The notes under the pieces are model-generated. The model was not told the origin of the DNA. It saw only the letters and a program-made list of their open reading frames with translations, and searched no databases. Below, in pieces: positions 52,230 to 64,000 of a stretch of DNA of 64,000 nt; the first letter of the stretch is position 1, and each line of letters starts with the position of its first letter. The stretch covers positions 111,910,001 to 111,974,000 of the forward strand of contig OX597814.1 in assembly GCA_951406725.2 (NCBI GenBank). The letters run 5' to 3'. This DNA is from Octopus vulgaris (Eukaryota). The position numbers and the translations under genes were made by a program.

Positions 52230-53213
52230 TATATATGTGCCTATAAGCCTGCATCAGTATGTTATACGGCACACATGCAGACACAGGGGTGTTCATACAT
52301 GCTTGTATGTCTATGGATCACTGTATGTGTGTATGTATATGTATTTGTTTGTGATAGTGCCTTCTTGTCTCAGTGCATGTGTGTTGGAGCAGGCGTATAG
52401 ATGTGTGTAAGTGTATGTGTGTATATGTGTACGTAATTCCTCTTGTAATTATGTACATATGTACGTGTACGAGTCCCTTCAAGTGCGCATGCGCACGAAT
52501 GTGCGCGCACGTGTCTGCCGGTGCGCCGTAAGGTAGATGTTATGGCGTTCTTCGTGAGAAAAAGTATTCTGACTTGCTTTGGATTTAATAACTGTTGGTC
52601 AGGACTAAATCATGAATCTACGTTTTAAGAGAGAAAGAGAGAAAGAGGGGGGAGAGAAAGAGAAAGTGAAAGAGCGTGAGCATAAATGTGAGACGAGTAG
52701 AGAGGGAGAATGTGGAAGGTATGTAATAAAGAGAGTGAAGGATTGTGACTGAAAAGGAGAGAGGAAGAGAGGTAGGAAGAAGTAATGAGAGAATGGGAGG
52801 GAAAGAGAGAGACGAGGGAAAGAGAGACAAATAAATTAAGAGAGAGAGAGAGAAAGTGAGTCTTGAGAGAAAGATCTGTGATTGACTGAGAAAGAGAGGA
52901 AGAAAGTTAGAGAGACAGAGACAGAGACAGAGACAGAGACAGAGACAGAGACAGAGACAGAGAGAGAGAGAGAGAGAAAGAAAGAGACAGGGAAAGAATG
53001 TATAGAAGAAATGACGTCATCAAGTAAAGTAACTGGAAGAATAAAGGCAAGAAAGTACAAACGAAAGGATAGAAAATTAAAAAATGGAATAACGGATACT
53101 TGGAAGATATACAGACATTGCACAGATATTGGTGGAAATACGTAGAACGATCAAATAAAAACCAGTAGACATCTGGTGCATATACGTGCACAGAGCTGTT
53201 TTCTCTCTCTATT

Positions 53214-53251
53214 CCTTCCTGTAGAAGAGCATAGGTTCGAAACATTAAATA
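53214..53251 (+). ncRNA. Degenerate hammerhead-like motif of the 5465/41784 family
   Basis: CTGTAGA-A-GAGC atag GTTC-GAAA-CA-TT. Confidence 0.35.
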
Positions 53252-53349
53252 CTTCTATTTTTTTCTAAGTGTCAAACTAATATATTCTCTTTGTTGTTCC
53301 CTAATCTGTCTCCGGCTTCTGTTTTTTTTGGCTATTTATTTAACTTTGA

Positions 53350-53389
<40 letters not shown>

Positions 53390-53630
53390 GATGCGCAGAC
53401 CGGTGTTGACATAGCAAGTAAGTCTCCTCCCCGGATAATCTGAGCAGCGATTTTTCCATCTGCTGCTTTTTTCAAATGTCTAGAGGAAGCCTGAAATATA
53501 GAAAAGTAAGATAAATGTTTGGTTTTCTTTTCCGTTTCTTTTTGTAGTTTACTTTAAATCTTCTCGCATTGTTCCGGCCTTATACAAGTCTCTTTAAAGT
53601 TATACCTTACAATACTTCACCTAAACTACC

Positions 53631-53668
<38 letters not shown>

Positions 53669-53673
<5 letters not shown>

Positions 53674-54369
53674 TAAATTAGGGTATCCACGAGATACCAC
53701 CATGCTGAAAATAGCAGCCATAATCTGACTCTAAAACCACCTTTATTTTCCATATATCAACACGGAGAGAAAACGAAGCGACAAGATGAAACTAGTAAAA
53801 ATTACTGAATAATTCTAGATCCCGGATTTCTGGATTTGCATTTAGGAATACTTTGCCTTGTCAGTAGAATACACACAGAAAAGAAACATAAATACATATA
53901 TAAATCAACATACGAATACTTACATATACGAACGTATACAAATATATATATGCGCGTATGCATCATGACCATTTCAAAATGCCCGCCGCTTAATTCCATG
54001 TGAGATATGGTTAAAATATCACCGCAGTAAATACAGTGACGAAATAAAATTTCAATTTATATAAATAAGGATAAGATTGTTAATTTAAAATAAAATAACG
54101 ATTTTATCAAGTGGCCAGCATGGAAAAAATAACCTTCAAAGGTGATAATTATTAAAATTATAAATTAGGGTATCCACGAGATACCACCATGCGGAAAATA
54201 GCAGCCATAATCTGACTCTAAAACTGCTATTTTCAGCATGGTGGTATCTCGTGAATACCCTAATTTATAATTTTAATAATTATCACCTTTGAAGGTTATT
54301 TTTTCCACGCTGCACTTGATAAAATCGTTATTTTATTTTAAATTAACGATCTTATCCTTATTTATATAA

Positions 54370-54372
<3 letters not shown>
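53669..54372. mobile_element. Retrozyme/Penelope-pLTR-like element: 487-nt monomer (1.14 copies) plus 150-bp inverted arm in (TA)n
   Basis: 53669-53737 recurs at 54156-54224 (period 487); 54054-54204 is inverted at 54224-54372; HHR on the minus strand; (TA)n on both flanks. Confidence 0.8.
53812..53870 (-). ncRNA. Type I hammerhead ribozyme (G8A-mutated)
   Basis: ATTCTA-CTGACAA-GG..GTATT ccta AATGC..CC-A-GAAA-TCC g GGA-TC-TAGAAT: perfect 6-bp helix I and quasi-palindromic helix III. Confidence 0.7.
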
Positions 54373-54462
<90 letters not shown>

Positions 54463-55077
54463 TGTGTATGTGTATATGTGTGTATATATATATGTATGTA
54501 TATATATATATATATATATACATACACACATAAGTATGAACAGTATATACTGCTTAATCTTTAAAATCTACTACAGTAATATAATTAACTGTGTATAAAA
54601 TGAAATAACTCCTGTAACTGTATGATTACCAAAAACGGTGAAGACCTTCATGTAAGAATAAGAGTTTCTTCCCTTGACATATTGCTTCAACTCTGTTTAC
54701 GCTTTTTTTTCAAAGATGGCGTCCTATTGACAGCAAAAGAATTTTCTCTATATAAGTTGACAATCGTTCATCGTGAAATCAGTACTTATTTAATTTGTAA
54801 TGGTGTAATGATGTAATATGTTCCTAATATCACCATAAATTTTATTATACAAACTTTCTGTGACTTTTCTTTTCTTTCTTATATACCTATTCAACGTGTA
54901 TACAGAACTTTCCATTCTTCACTATATATATATAAATTAGAGAAGAACCACCATGAAGCAATTCACCAATGATTCACTTAAATCATATCATATAGAAAAA
55001 ATTTAAGATACGATAAAACATTTACCTAAAGCTAAATAAAATACTAAATAATAAATAAATAGCATATAATTAGTAAA

Positions 55078-55162
55078 TAGACTACACGTGTTTCGTGGCT
55101 ATATTTTCAAACTGATAACAATAAAATCGATTCAATTTAAATATAGTCACTCATCAGGTTTA
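55078..55162 (-). ncRNA. Type I hammerhead ribozyme with long helix II, in TA-flanked element ~54930-55285
   Basis: TAAAC-CTGATGA-GTGACTATATTT...AAATATAGCCAC-GAAA-CACGTG-TA-GTCTA: intact core, palindromic ACACGTGT helix III, GUA triplet. Confidence 0.85.
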
Positions 55163-55311
55163 AGATAAAAACAATAAAATAATTAAATAACTGTACGTAT
55201 ATTATCTTATAAGAAAAGATAAATATATATAGAAATATGTAGTTTTACAATAAATCGAACAAAATTCAACAATATATCTTAAATATATATACACATACAT
55301 ACATACATACA

Positions 55312-55342
<31 letters not shown>

Positions 55343-55343
55343 T

Positions 55344-55548
55344 TATTCCGTTGTCCCTCTGTTGGCTCTGAAGCCACACTGGCTCTCGGGGAGATTTTCT
55401 TCAGCGATGGTTGGTACGAGCCTGTTGAGCAGGATCCTGGCAAGTACTTTGCCAGTGATGGAGAATAGGGTGATTCCCCGATAGTTGGAGCAGTCAGACT
55501 TTTCGCCCTTGTTCTTGTACAGGGTTATGATGAGAGCTTCGCGAAGAT
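55344..55548 (-). pseudogene. RTE-clade LINE reverse transcriptase fragment
   Basis: DLREALIITLYKNKGEKSDCSNYRGITLFSITGKVLARILLNRLVPTIAEENLPESQCGFRANRGTTE, open and typical of RTE/BovB-like RTs. Confidence 0.9.
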
Positions 55549-55701
55549 CAATATATGATATGTGTGTATGTGTGTGTATAAGAAAATACTAATGCAAGCG
55601 AAGAATACATACGCAGGGATTTGATGCAGTTCCGAGCAGAACATAGAGACACCATCGGACTCCTCAGGGTTGGCACTGTGAACGTCTAGGATGTGACAGC
55701 T

Positions 55702-55739
<38 letters not shown>

Positions 55740-56395
55740 AGAGAGAGAAGGGGAGAGAGAGGGAGAGAGAAACAGACAGAGAGCTACATTTGGAGCCTAT
55801 TTGTACTCCTTTACAACTGAATATGGTTGAGCAACGTAAAATGAAGTATTATGTTTAAGGATATAACATACTACTACGCCCAGGAATTGAACCCACAATG
55901 TTATGACCAGGAACCGAACCCTCTTATCACCCAGCTACAAGCCTTCAAACGAGCAGAGTATTGATGTATGAGTGTGTCTGTGTGTATGTGTATGTACAGT
56001 AGTGTGTATGTGCGTGAATGTGGGGCCATGAGTTGGGGAGTATTACATGAGTATGTACGAATTTTACTTTTTTAAAACAGTTTAACCTGGAAATAAGGGC
56101 AGTACTCATGAAATTCACATGTCCTGCTAGAAATAACAACTAAATCTCACTCTAACCATATCCTGCCACATAAATTGGACGATATGCTTCTGGGTAGCCT
56201 GTAACTGAATAAAAGACGAAACTGGTTATGTCTGGCACACGGCTGATTATTGGTCATGTCTGTTGATCTGGACTCACCTGGGTTTGAACCACAAAAACAA
56301 ATGATCTGAAATTTGAGTACGACTGTTACTATATCAATCGTTATCGCCATTGTCATAATTGTCGTCGTCGTCATCATGATCATGATCATCATCAC

Positions 56396-56453
<58 letters not shown>

Positions 56454-56523
56454 GTCATCGTCATCGTCATGATCATCATCACCGTCATCGTCATCATCAT
56501 CATCATCATCATCATCATCACCG

Positions 56524-56562
<39 letters not shown>

Positions 56563-56565
56563 CCG

Positions 56566-56604
<39 letters not shown>

Positions 56605-57153
56605 ACATCGCAGGATTACTCATTTTTGCCAGATGAGTGATTTGGAGCAACTGGAACTGAAGTGTTTGGCTCAAGAACACAATTTACCACTCAGTGCAGG
56701 AATCGAAACCACAATCTTACGATCATGAGTGCAATGCCCTAATCATCAATCCATGTGCCTTCACAACACATACACACATACAGCTACTAAAGGACAATGC
56801 ACATACATTGCACACGTTGCGCGCAAACACAAACGCACATACACAATAAAAGAACAACAACCTGGAAACAAAAGCCCCAAAAAAGGACCGAACCTTCCCC
56901 CCTCCCCTCACCCTAAAAAGAATAACAACAAAACATCGCAAAAATAAGGGACAAAAACATCAACAGAAAGAACAGAAAAATCTCAGAGTTAAAATGATGA
57001 ACAAAAGAAGTCTTTAAATTTCAATGTAAGTTGTAGAAGAACATGGCTGCCAAATAAGGCCAGGAGATGGAAACATAGACTTGAAGGCGGTGGGGTGAGG
57101 GAGTTAGAAAGAAAGAAGCAATAGAAAGGAAAAAGAAGAAAATGGTAAAGAAA

Positions 57154-57230
<77 letters not shown>

Positions 57231-57490
57231 TTAATAATGATAATGATGATGATGATAATGATAACAAGATAAAAATAATGATGACGATGATGATAAAATA
57301 TCGAAAAGAAAAACGAATGTATAAATGTATCGAAATTAACTGATAAAAGATTTTAATTAAAAAGAGCGTATTTAAAGTGTAGATTGCGCTGGTATACCCT
57401 TCAGTGCATGTATAGGTGTATATGTATATATGTATGTGTATGTGTGTATGTGCATGGATGTAGGTAAGTATGAACATGTATGTATTGCAG

Positions 57491-57510
<20 letters not shown>

Positions 57511-57528
<18 letters not shown>

Positions 57529-57686
57529 AACTTGTATATGTGTGTGCGCATTGTGTGTGTGTGTGTGTGCATTGTGTGTGTGTATGTGTACATGTGTCTC
57601 TAAATATAAATGTATGTATATGTATATATATATATATATATACATGTGTATATACATATATATATACATATTTATATGTATATATG

Positions 57687-57728
<42 letters not shown>

Positions 57729-57892
57729 TACACACATACGTGCATATATATGGTCGTACATATATACATAAACAAATTTGTACATATACATACATTTATA
57801 TTTAGAGACACATGTACACATACACACACACAATGCACACACACACACACAATGCGCACACACATATACAAGTTTATATATATACATATATA
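57511..57892. repeat. Local inverted duplication of microsatellite-like sequence
   Basis: 57511-57624 is a near-perfect reverse complement of 57781-57892, including unique interruptions (AAACTTG, GCGCATTG, GTCTCTAAATATAAATG). Confidence 0.85.
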
Positions 57893-57993
57893 ATATACAT
57901 ACCTACATGAATATATATATATAAATATATATATATACACATACATATACATATATATATATACACATATACATATGCATACAGACATACACG

Positions 57994-58090
<97 letters not shown>

Positions 58091-58327
58091 TCACAATCAT
58101 TACATTTTGCCGCTTTTCTTTAATTTATTGTTCTGTGTAATTACTAAATAATATTTCCCCTGTTGTAACGTTAGTTGCTGACGATTTCGCCCGCCATCGT
58201 CTCTTCATCCCCACCCCCACTGAAATGAAATACAACAAACAGAAGAAAAGCAACAAGTTGGACAACAACAAAAAAATGGCACCAATGTGAAGGCGTGCGT
58301 CAGGAATCGCAACTAACGAAGAGGGCC

Positions 58328-58352
58328 AATAATAATAATAATAATAATAACA

Positions 58353-58410
<58 letters not shown>

Positions 58411-58544
58411 TATTAATAACAATAACAATAATGATAACATCAACAACAACAACAACAACAACAACAATAATAATAATGATAATAATTATAACAATAATAA
58501 TAATAACAACAACAATAATAATAATGATGATAATAATAATAATG

Positions 58545-58620
<76 letters not shown>

Positions 58621-58625
58621 TAATA
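58328..58625. repeat. (AAT/AAC)n microsatellite
   Basis: Directly visible. Confidence 0.95.
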
Positions 58626-58845
58626 GAAATAAAAGTAATAATGACGATGATGATAAATATAATGATAAAGATGATAATAACAATACTAAGAAAACAACAA
58701 AAAGAAAAAGAAGAACAACAACAAATGACAACAACAATAGCAATGACGACAACGTTAGCATGAAGAAGAATCTTTAGTAAAGAAAAACGAAACAAGGAAA
58801 AAATTAACTTTGAAAAGTGATATTCACAAAAATCTAATTATTGAA

Positions 58846-58922
<77 letters not shown>

Positions 58923-59227
58923 ATACAAAATAAAAAGAAATACAAAAATATAGTAAATAACAAAATATTTAGTTCATAGGCGATGTTCAGAAATATTGAA
59001 TACAAATAGTGATTAAATATTAGGGGCGCCATCTAGTAGAGAAGTTTTTTTTCCTTTCTTTAATTATTTGTAAAGGGTCATGAAGAAAACGAAATTGAGA
59101 AATGGCGATCTGGTATTTTGCTGAAAGGTGGCTCACAAAAATTAATTCAACTATGGAAGACACTATACAAAACAAAACAGGGTTTCTTTCTAGGTATAAA
59201 ATCTCATATATACATACACACACACAC

Positions 59228-59280
<53 letters not shown>

Positions 59281-59312
59281 CAAGATAAGCAACAAGGATA
59301 TCCAGAGGTAAT

Positions 59313-59397
59313 GCAGTACGATCGTTTCATGCAACGCCATTTAATTGAACAATGCAATCATTACATCAATTTAAAATGTAGAGCAATCTTCAGCTGC
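59313..59397 (-). ncRNA. Type I hammerhead ribozyme with long helix II, next to (TA)n
   Basis: GCAG-CTGAAGA-TTGC...GCAT-GAAA-CGATCG-TA-CTGC: perfect helix I, intact core, palindromic ACGATCGT helix III; first pair of helix II mismatched. Confidence 0.8.
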
Positions 59398-60314
59398 GCA
59401 AGAACGTAGAATTTAATTAAATTTGAAGGACGCATTAGTATAATTTTATCCAAAATCTCAAAGAGGATAAGGACATAGACAAAGAACATGTTTTACCAAC
59501 AACATCACAGATGTGACTGAATTTTTTTCAAAAAAGACACTGCTTTTCACTGATTATTTCTGTTATTTAGTTTTAATTACAGGGGGGGGGGGGCGTGTAT
59601 ATATATATAGCAGTAATAATAAAAGAGTAAAATTAATTAATCATTTAATTAATCAATTAATTAATTAATAGTTAATAATTATACCAAGTAGTTCGGTACG
59701 TTAACTGTTTTACGTAAAATTATACAAATATTCTATAACTGGGAAATCTTTATGGTAGTAGAAAAGGCATTTTCACTCTTATTTCTAAATTCGGTGCGTG
59801 GCGAAGCAATTAGTTGAAACCTGATTATAATTATGTTTATAATTAAAGAATATTTGTATATATATGATTATTACACACACACACACACGCACGCGCGTTC
59901 ATACATGTATATATATATATATATATCCATACACCCATACACGTATGTGTGAGTGCACGTGTATATATGTATACAGGTGCAAAATATATATCTGGATATG
60001 TATATGGATATACATTTATAGAATATGTGCATGTGTATATATGTGTATATACTCATGCAATCTCTCGCACACATACACATACACATAAGCGACACAAACG
60101 CACATGCAAATATTTCGATTAATACCTTACGCCACTAACTTAAAGTTTCATGTATTCTCGATCTACCAGGCCAGCGTTGTTGCCTGTCGTCGCTTCACAA
60201 CTTCGCTAATGTATGGTAAGTAATCAGATAAATGGACATTTTCTTGCATTCATAGATCATCAATGCCAATCCACCGATTAATCCTGCGATGTTGATGATG
60301 ATGATGACGATGAC

Positions 60315-60369
<55 letters not shown>

Positions 60370-61117
60370 GTGTTGATGATGGTGATGATGATCATGATCA
60401 TGATGACGACGACGACAATTATGACAATGGCGATAACGATTGATACACATTTATCGGATGGCCATTGACTCTCAAGAGTTCCTCCGTCCTTTGACGGGTT
60501 TTGTTTTTCATCCTGCAGGGTGTCCAATAATCACTCTCCTCACCAAGCAAGCTGCCGGTTTAGTCGCCGACGGGCCGACCATACAACAGGTTGTACTGGG
60601 TTACATGTTACCAGTAGCACTCGAAAGTGACCTGACATACATACATACATACATACATACATACATACATACATACATACATACATACATACATACATAA
60701 CTACATACATGCATACATACATACATACATACATACATACATACATACATACATACATACATACATACATACATAATGTATGTAGACTAACATATATATT
60801 TTATTTTATTATTATTTATAAGGGAGAAGTTTGACAAGTTTGTCGAAGTTTCTGCTATGAAGCTTTAAACCGACTGTCTTTTGAAGGTGACAAGCCCTTG
60901 AAAAATAATGCACAGAACAGTCAACAAACCATGAAACCCAGGTCCGTGCTTATCATGTCAGGTCGACGATGGGAAGGATGGCTTCCCTTTGCAAATACTG
61001 ATAGGATGCAGAAAGTGTGTCAATAGCCAGCTGGAGAAGATGTTCTCCTGGGGCTATAAACTACAGTAGCATCCACCCTTAGTGGTTAGCCACATTTACG
61101 TGGCAAATATACTTCAC

Positions 61118-61164
<47 letters not shown>

Positions 61165-61946
61165 GATGTAAGTATGTACATATACGTATATATATATATA
61201 TATATATATACATATATATATTATTTGTATTATATATATATACACACGCAGACGTATATATATCTATATTTATACATACACACGCACACACACACACGCA
61301 CACACAAACGCACACATGTATATAAGGCTCCGAGATTGGATCTGCAGTCTATAGACGACGTGGAATACGTGTAGTGAGTGTACCCCCGTATTACATTAGT
61401 GACTGTGTATTCAGTTACTTGTATACGTATGCATAACTAGAAGGACCAGTCTACATCTGCTTTAGTAAGTACTATGTCAGTATAAATTGTGTATCATTCA
61501 CATCCGGATTTAATAACAAAGAATAAAATTACAAAAAATGAACGGAAATACATTTGGATTTCTTAACACTGGTTAGGAGAACTTTTCGACAATGCACTTT
61601 TGTAAACAGCAAGTAGAAAAAGACCCAAAGTAAACGAAGTACTGAATATCTATGCAGTACCTTAAAATTAAATAACTTCTGTTTGGTGATTCTTTTGAGA
61701 CATATGTGGTACATAATTACCTACCTCATTCCCTTCACCGCTGATACATACATACATACATACATACATACATACATACATACATACATACATACATACA
61801 TACATACATACACACATACATACATACATACATACATACATACATACATACATACATACATACATACATACATACATACATACAAAAAGATGTATTTGTA
61901 TATATGTAAACATTTAGAGAGTGATTTAGAGAGTGATTAGAGAGTG

Positions 61947-62191
61947 AAAGTGATAGCATGTTGTCAACTTAATGTGACAATCCCAAAAAATGGAAGAATG
62001 CTACTGTTATTTAGCCCTAGGAAACACCGTTTCCTGTTGGACTTGACACATTTCCTGTGTCTTTATGTTTTCAAAGTGGAGACAAGGAAATGTGTCAAAT
62101 CCAACAGGAAATGGTGTTTCCTAGGGCTAAATAACAGTAGCATTCTTCCCTTTTATGGGACTGTCACATTAAGTTGACAACATATCACTTT
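61947..62191. mobile_element. Foldback/MITE-like palindromic element, arms ~110 bp
   Basis: AAAGTGATA..ATGTTGTCAACTTAATGTGACA... is inverted at ...TGTCACATTAAGTTGACAACATATCACTTT with a short spacer. Confidence 0.75.
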
Positions 62192-63118
62192 ATTGTGCTG
62201 ATACTGCATAAATTTCTCTCTGAGAGATTTAGAAATGTATTATTTCTAGTGATTATGCATGTATAGTTTTACATGTGCATATATACAAAATTGGCAGGCA
62301 GTCGAGCGATTGTCTCCCTTAAAATCTATGTATCTATTTATTTACATATTTATCCGTCCATGTATTTGTATGTGTTGTTATTTTTAATGCAAGAACACAC
62401 AGGTAGGTCCAGCTGAATACTATTATACTTATAATTTGTTTCTATCTCTTTCGAATAAGATTACAAGTAATTTTCTTCTTATTTTTTTTTTTCAGTTTTA
62501 TAGAGCTCATGTTCTTTGTAAGTATATACATAACAGTGGATACCCCTGTACATGCATATATATGTATGCAAATATGTAAGAGAGTTTACCATTGATCAGG
62601 AGAATGTGGCAAGTTGATTAGAGATATTTCCGAGACAAAACAGCCATATATCTCCCTCCTAAATTCCTACTTTCTTTCACCTATTTTACACTTTCCTAAT
62701 AGAAACACATTCTCCTCCTACAAACAACACGTAACAACTCAGTTTCCTCTGGTTGCCATTTTTCTTTCCGTGTTCCTTTTTTTATTTTATTTTCTCTTTA
62801 TTTTTTCTTATTTGATGAAATATCATTTATTTTTGTACTTTTTTCTTTTGTTTTGCATTTTTTTTCCTCGTTACAAAGTTAGTTACTCATATGTTCTACT
62901 TTCTCGTTACAAACTTAGACGGAAGAAAATTAGGGCTAAAAGTGAAGAAAAAAAGAAGAAAGAAAACCCAAAAACGAAAATAGAAAAAAAAGGGAAACGA
63001 AGAAAAAATTTCTAAAGGAGGAAGTTGAAAAAAGCATCTTGTCAGCCCCCTATTGTCCTGCTGGCAAGTAGCAGATTTAAGTTAGTATAGTTGTTTCACT
63101 TTAGTTGCAGGTTTATTG

Positions 63119-63216
<98 letters not shown>

Positions 63217-63579
63217 GGTTGTGGTGGTGTTGTTGTTATCATTATTATTGTTGTTGTTGTCCTTTAAACGTATAGAAGTAAAACCTTAAACTATTAAAAC
63301 TAAACAAAAAGAAAAACAAAAAACAAAAAAAACGATATAAAACTGAGCGCAGCAGAAAGTCCACAGCTTGTTCTCCTCTGACCGTTCCTTGTCTAGACAA
63401 AAAGCACATCGTTCGAAATAACTGACACCCGTTGACATAAGGCAATGAAGAATGGCAACTAAGAATGATTAATGGCAGAACAGCCAAAGAAAAAATGAAA
63501 AAAAAGAAGGGTAACTTAAATGACAAGAAGACATCTTTACCCACCTTCCTCTCTTTCTTCTCCTTCCCATCTTCCACCC

Positions 63580-63945
<366 letters not shown>

Positions 63946-64000
63946 GTTCGTTCGATCGATCTTTCGTTGGTTGGTTCGTTTGTTCGTTCCTACCTCCCTC

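Overview
Eukaryotic, AT-rich, microsatellite-saturated non-coding DNA. The repeat inventory strongly resembles an Octopus/cephalopod genome (inference). No host protein-coding exon can be supported, and almost every ORF in the track is a translated simple repeat. Recognisable content: a near full-length, disabled CR1-group LINE (35840-40440) whose ORF1 relic carries a Myb/SANT-like domain plus a CCCH zinc finger; fragments of R4/Dong-like and RTE-like LINEs; several tRNA-derived SINE families; hAT, mariner and pogo-type MITEs; a non-autonomous Helitron; and a dispersed 5S rRNA copy. The most striking signal is a set of unrelated small non-coding elements inserted in (TA)n tracts that carry type I hammerhead ribozyme (HHR) folds. 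The HHR strand runs toward the flanking (TA)n, and several elements are head-to-head inverted. The best example (7970-8840) is a 360-nt HHR monomer present as 1.4 tandem copies plus one almost exactly full-length inverted, circularly permuted copy, next to a duplicated empty target site. This looks like a very recent retrozyme/circular-RNA-derived insertion made by Penelope-like machinery. A second family has a 487-nt monomer with the same geometry (53669-54372).
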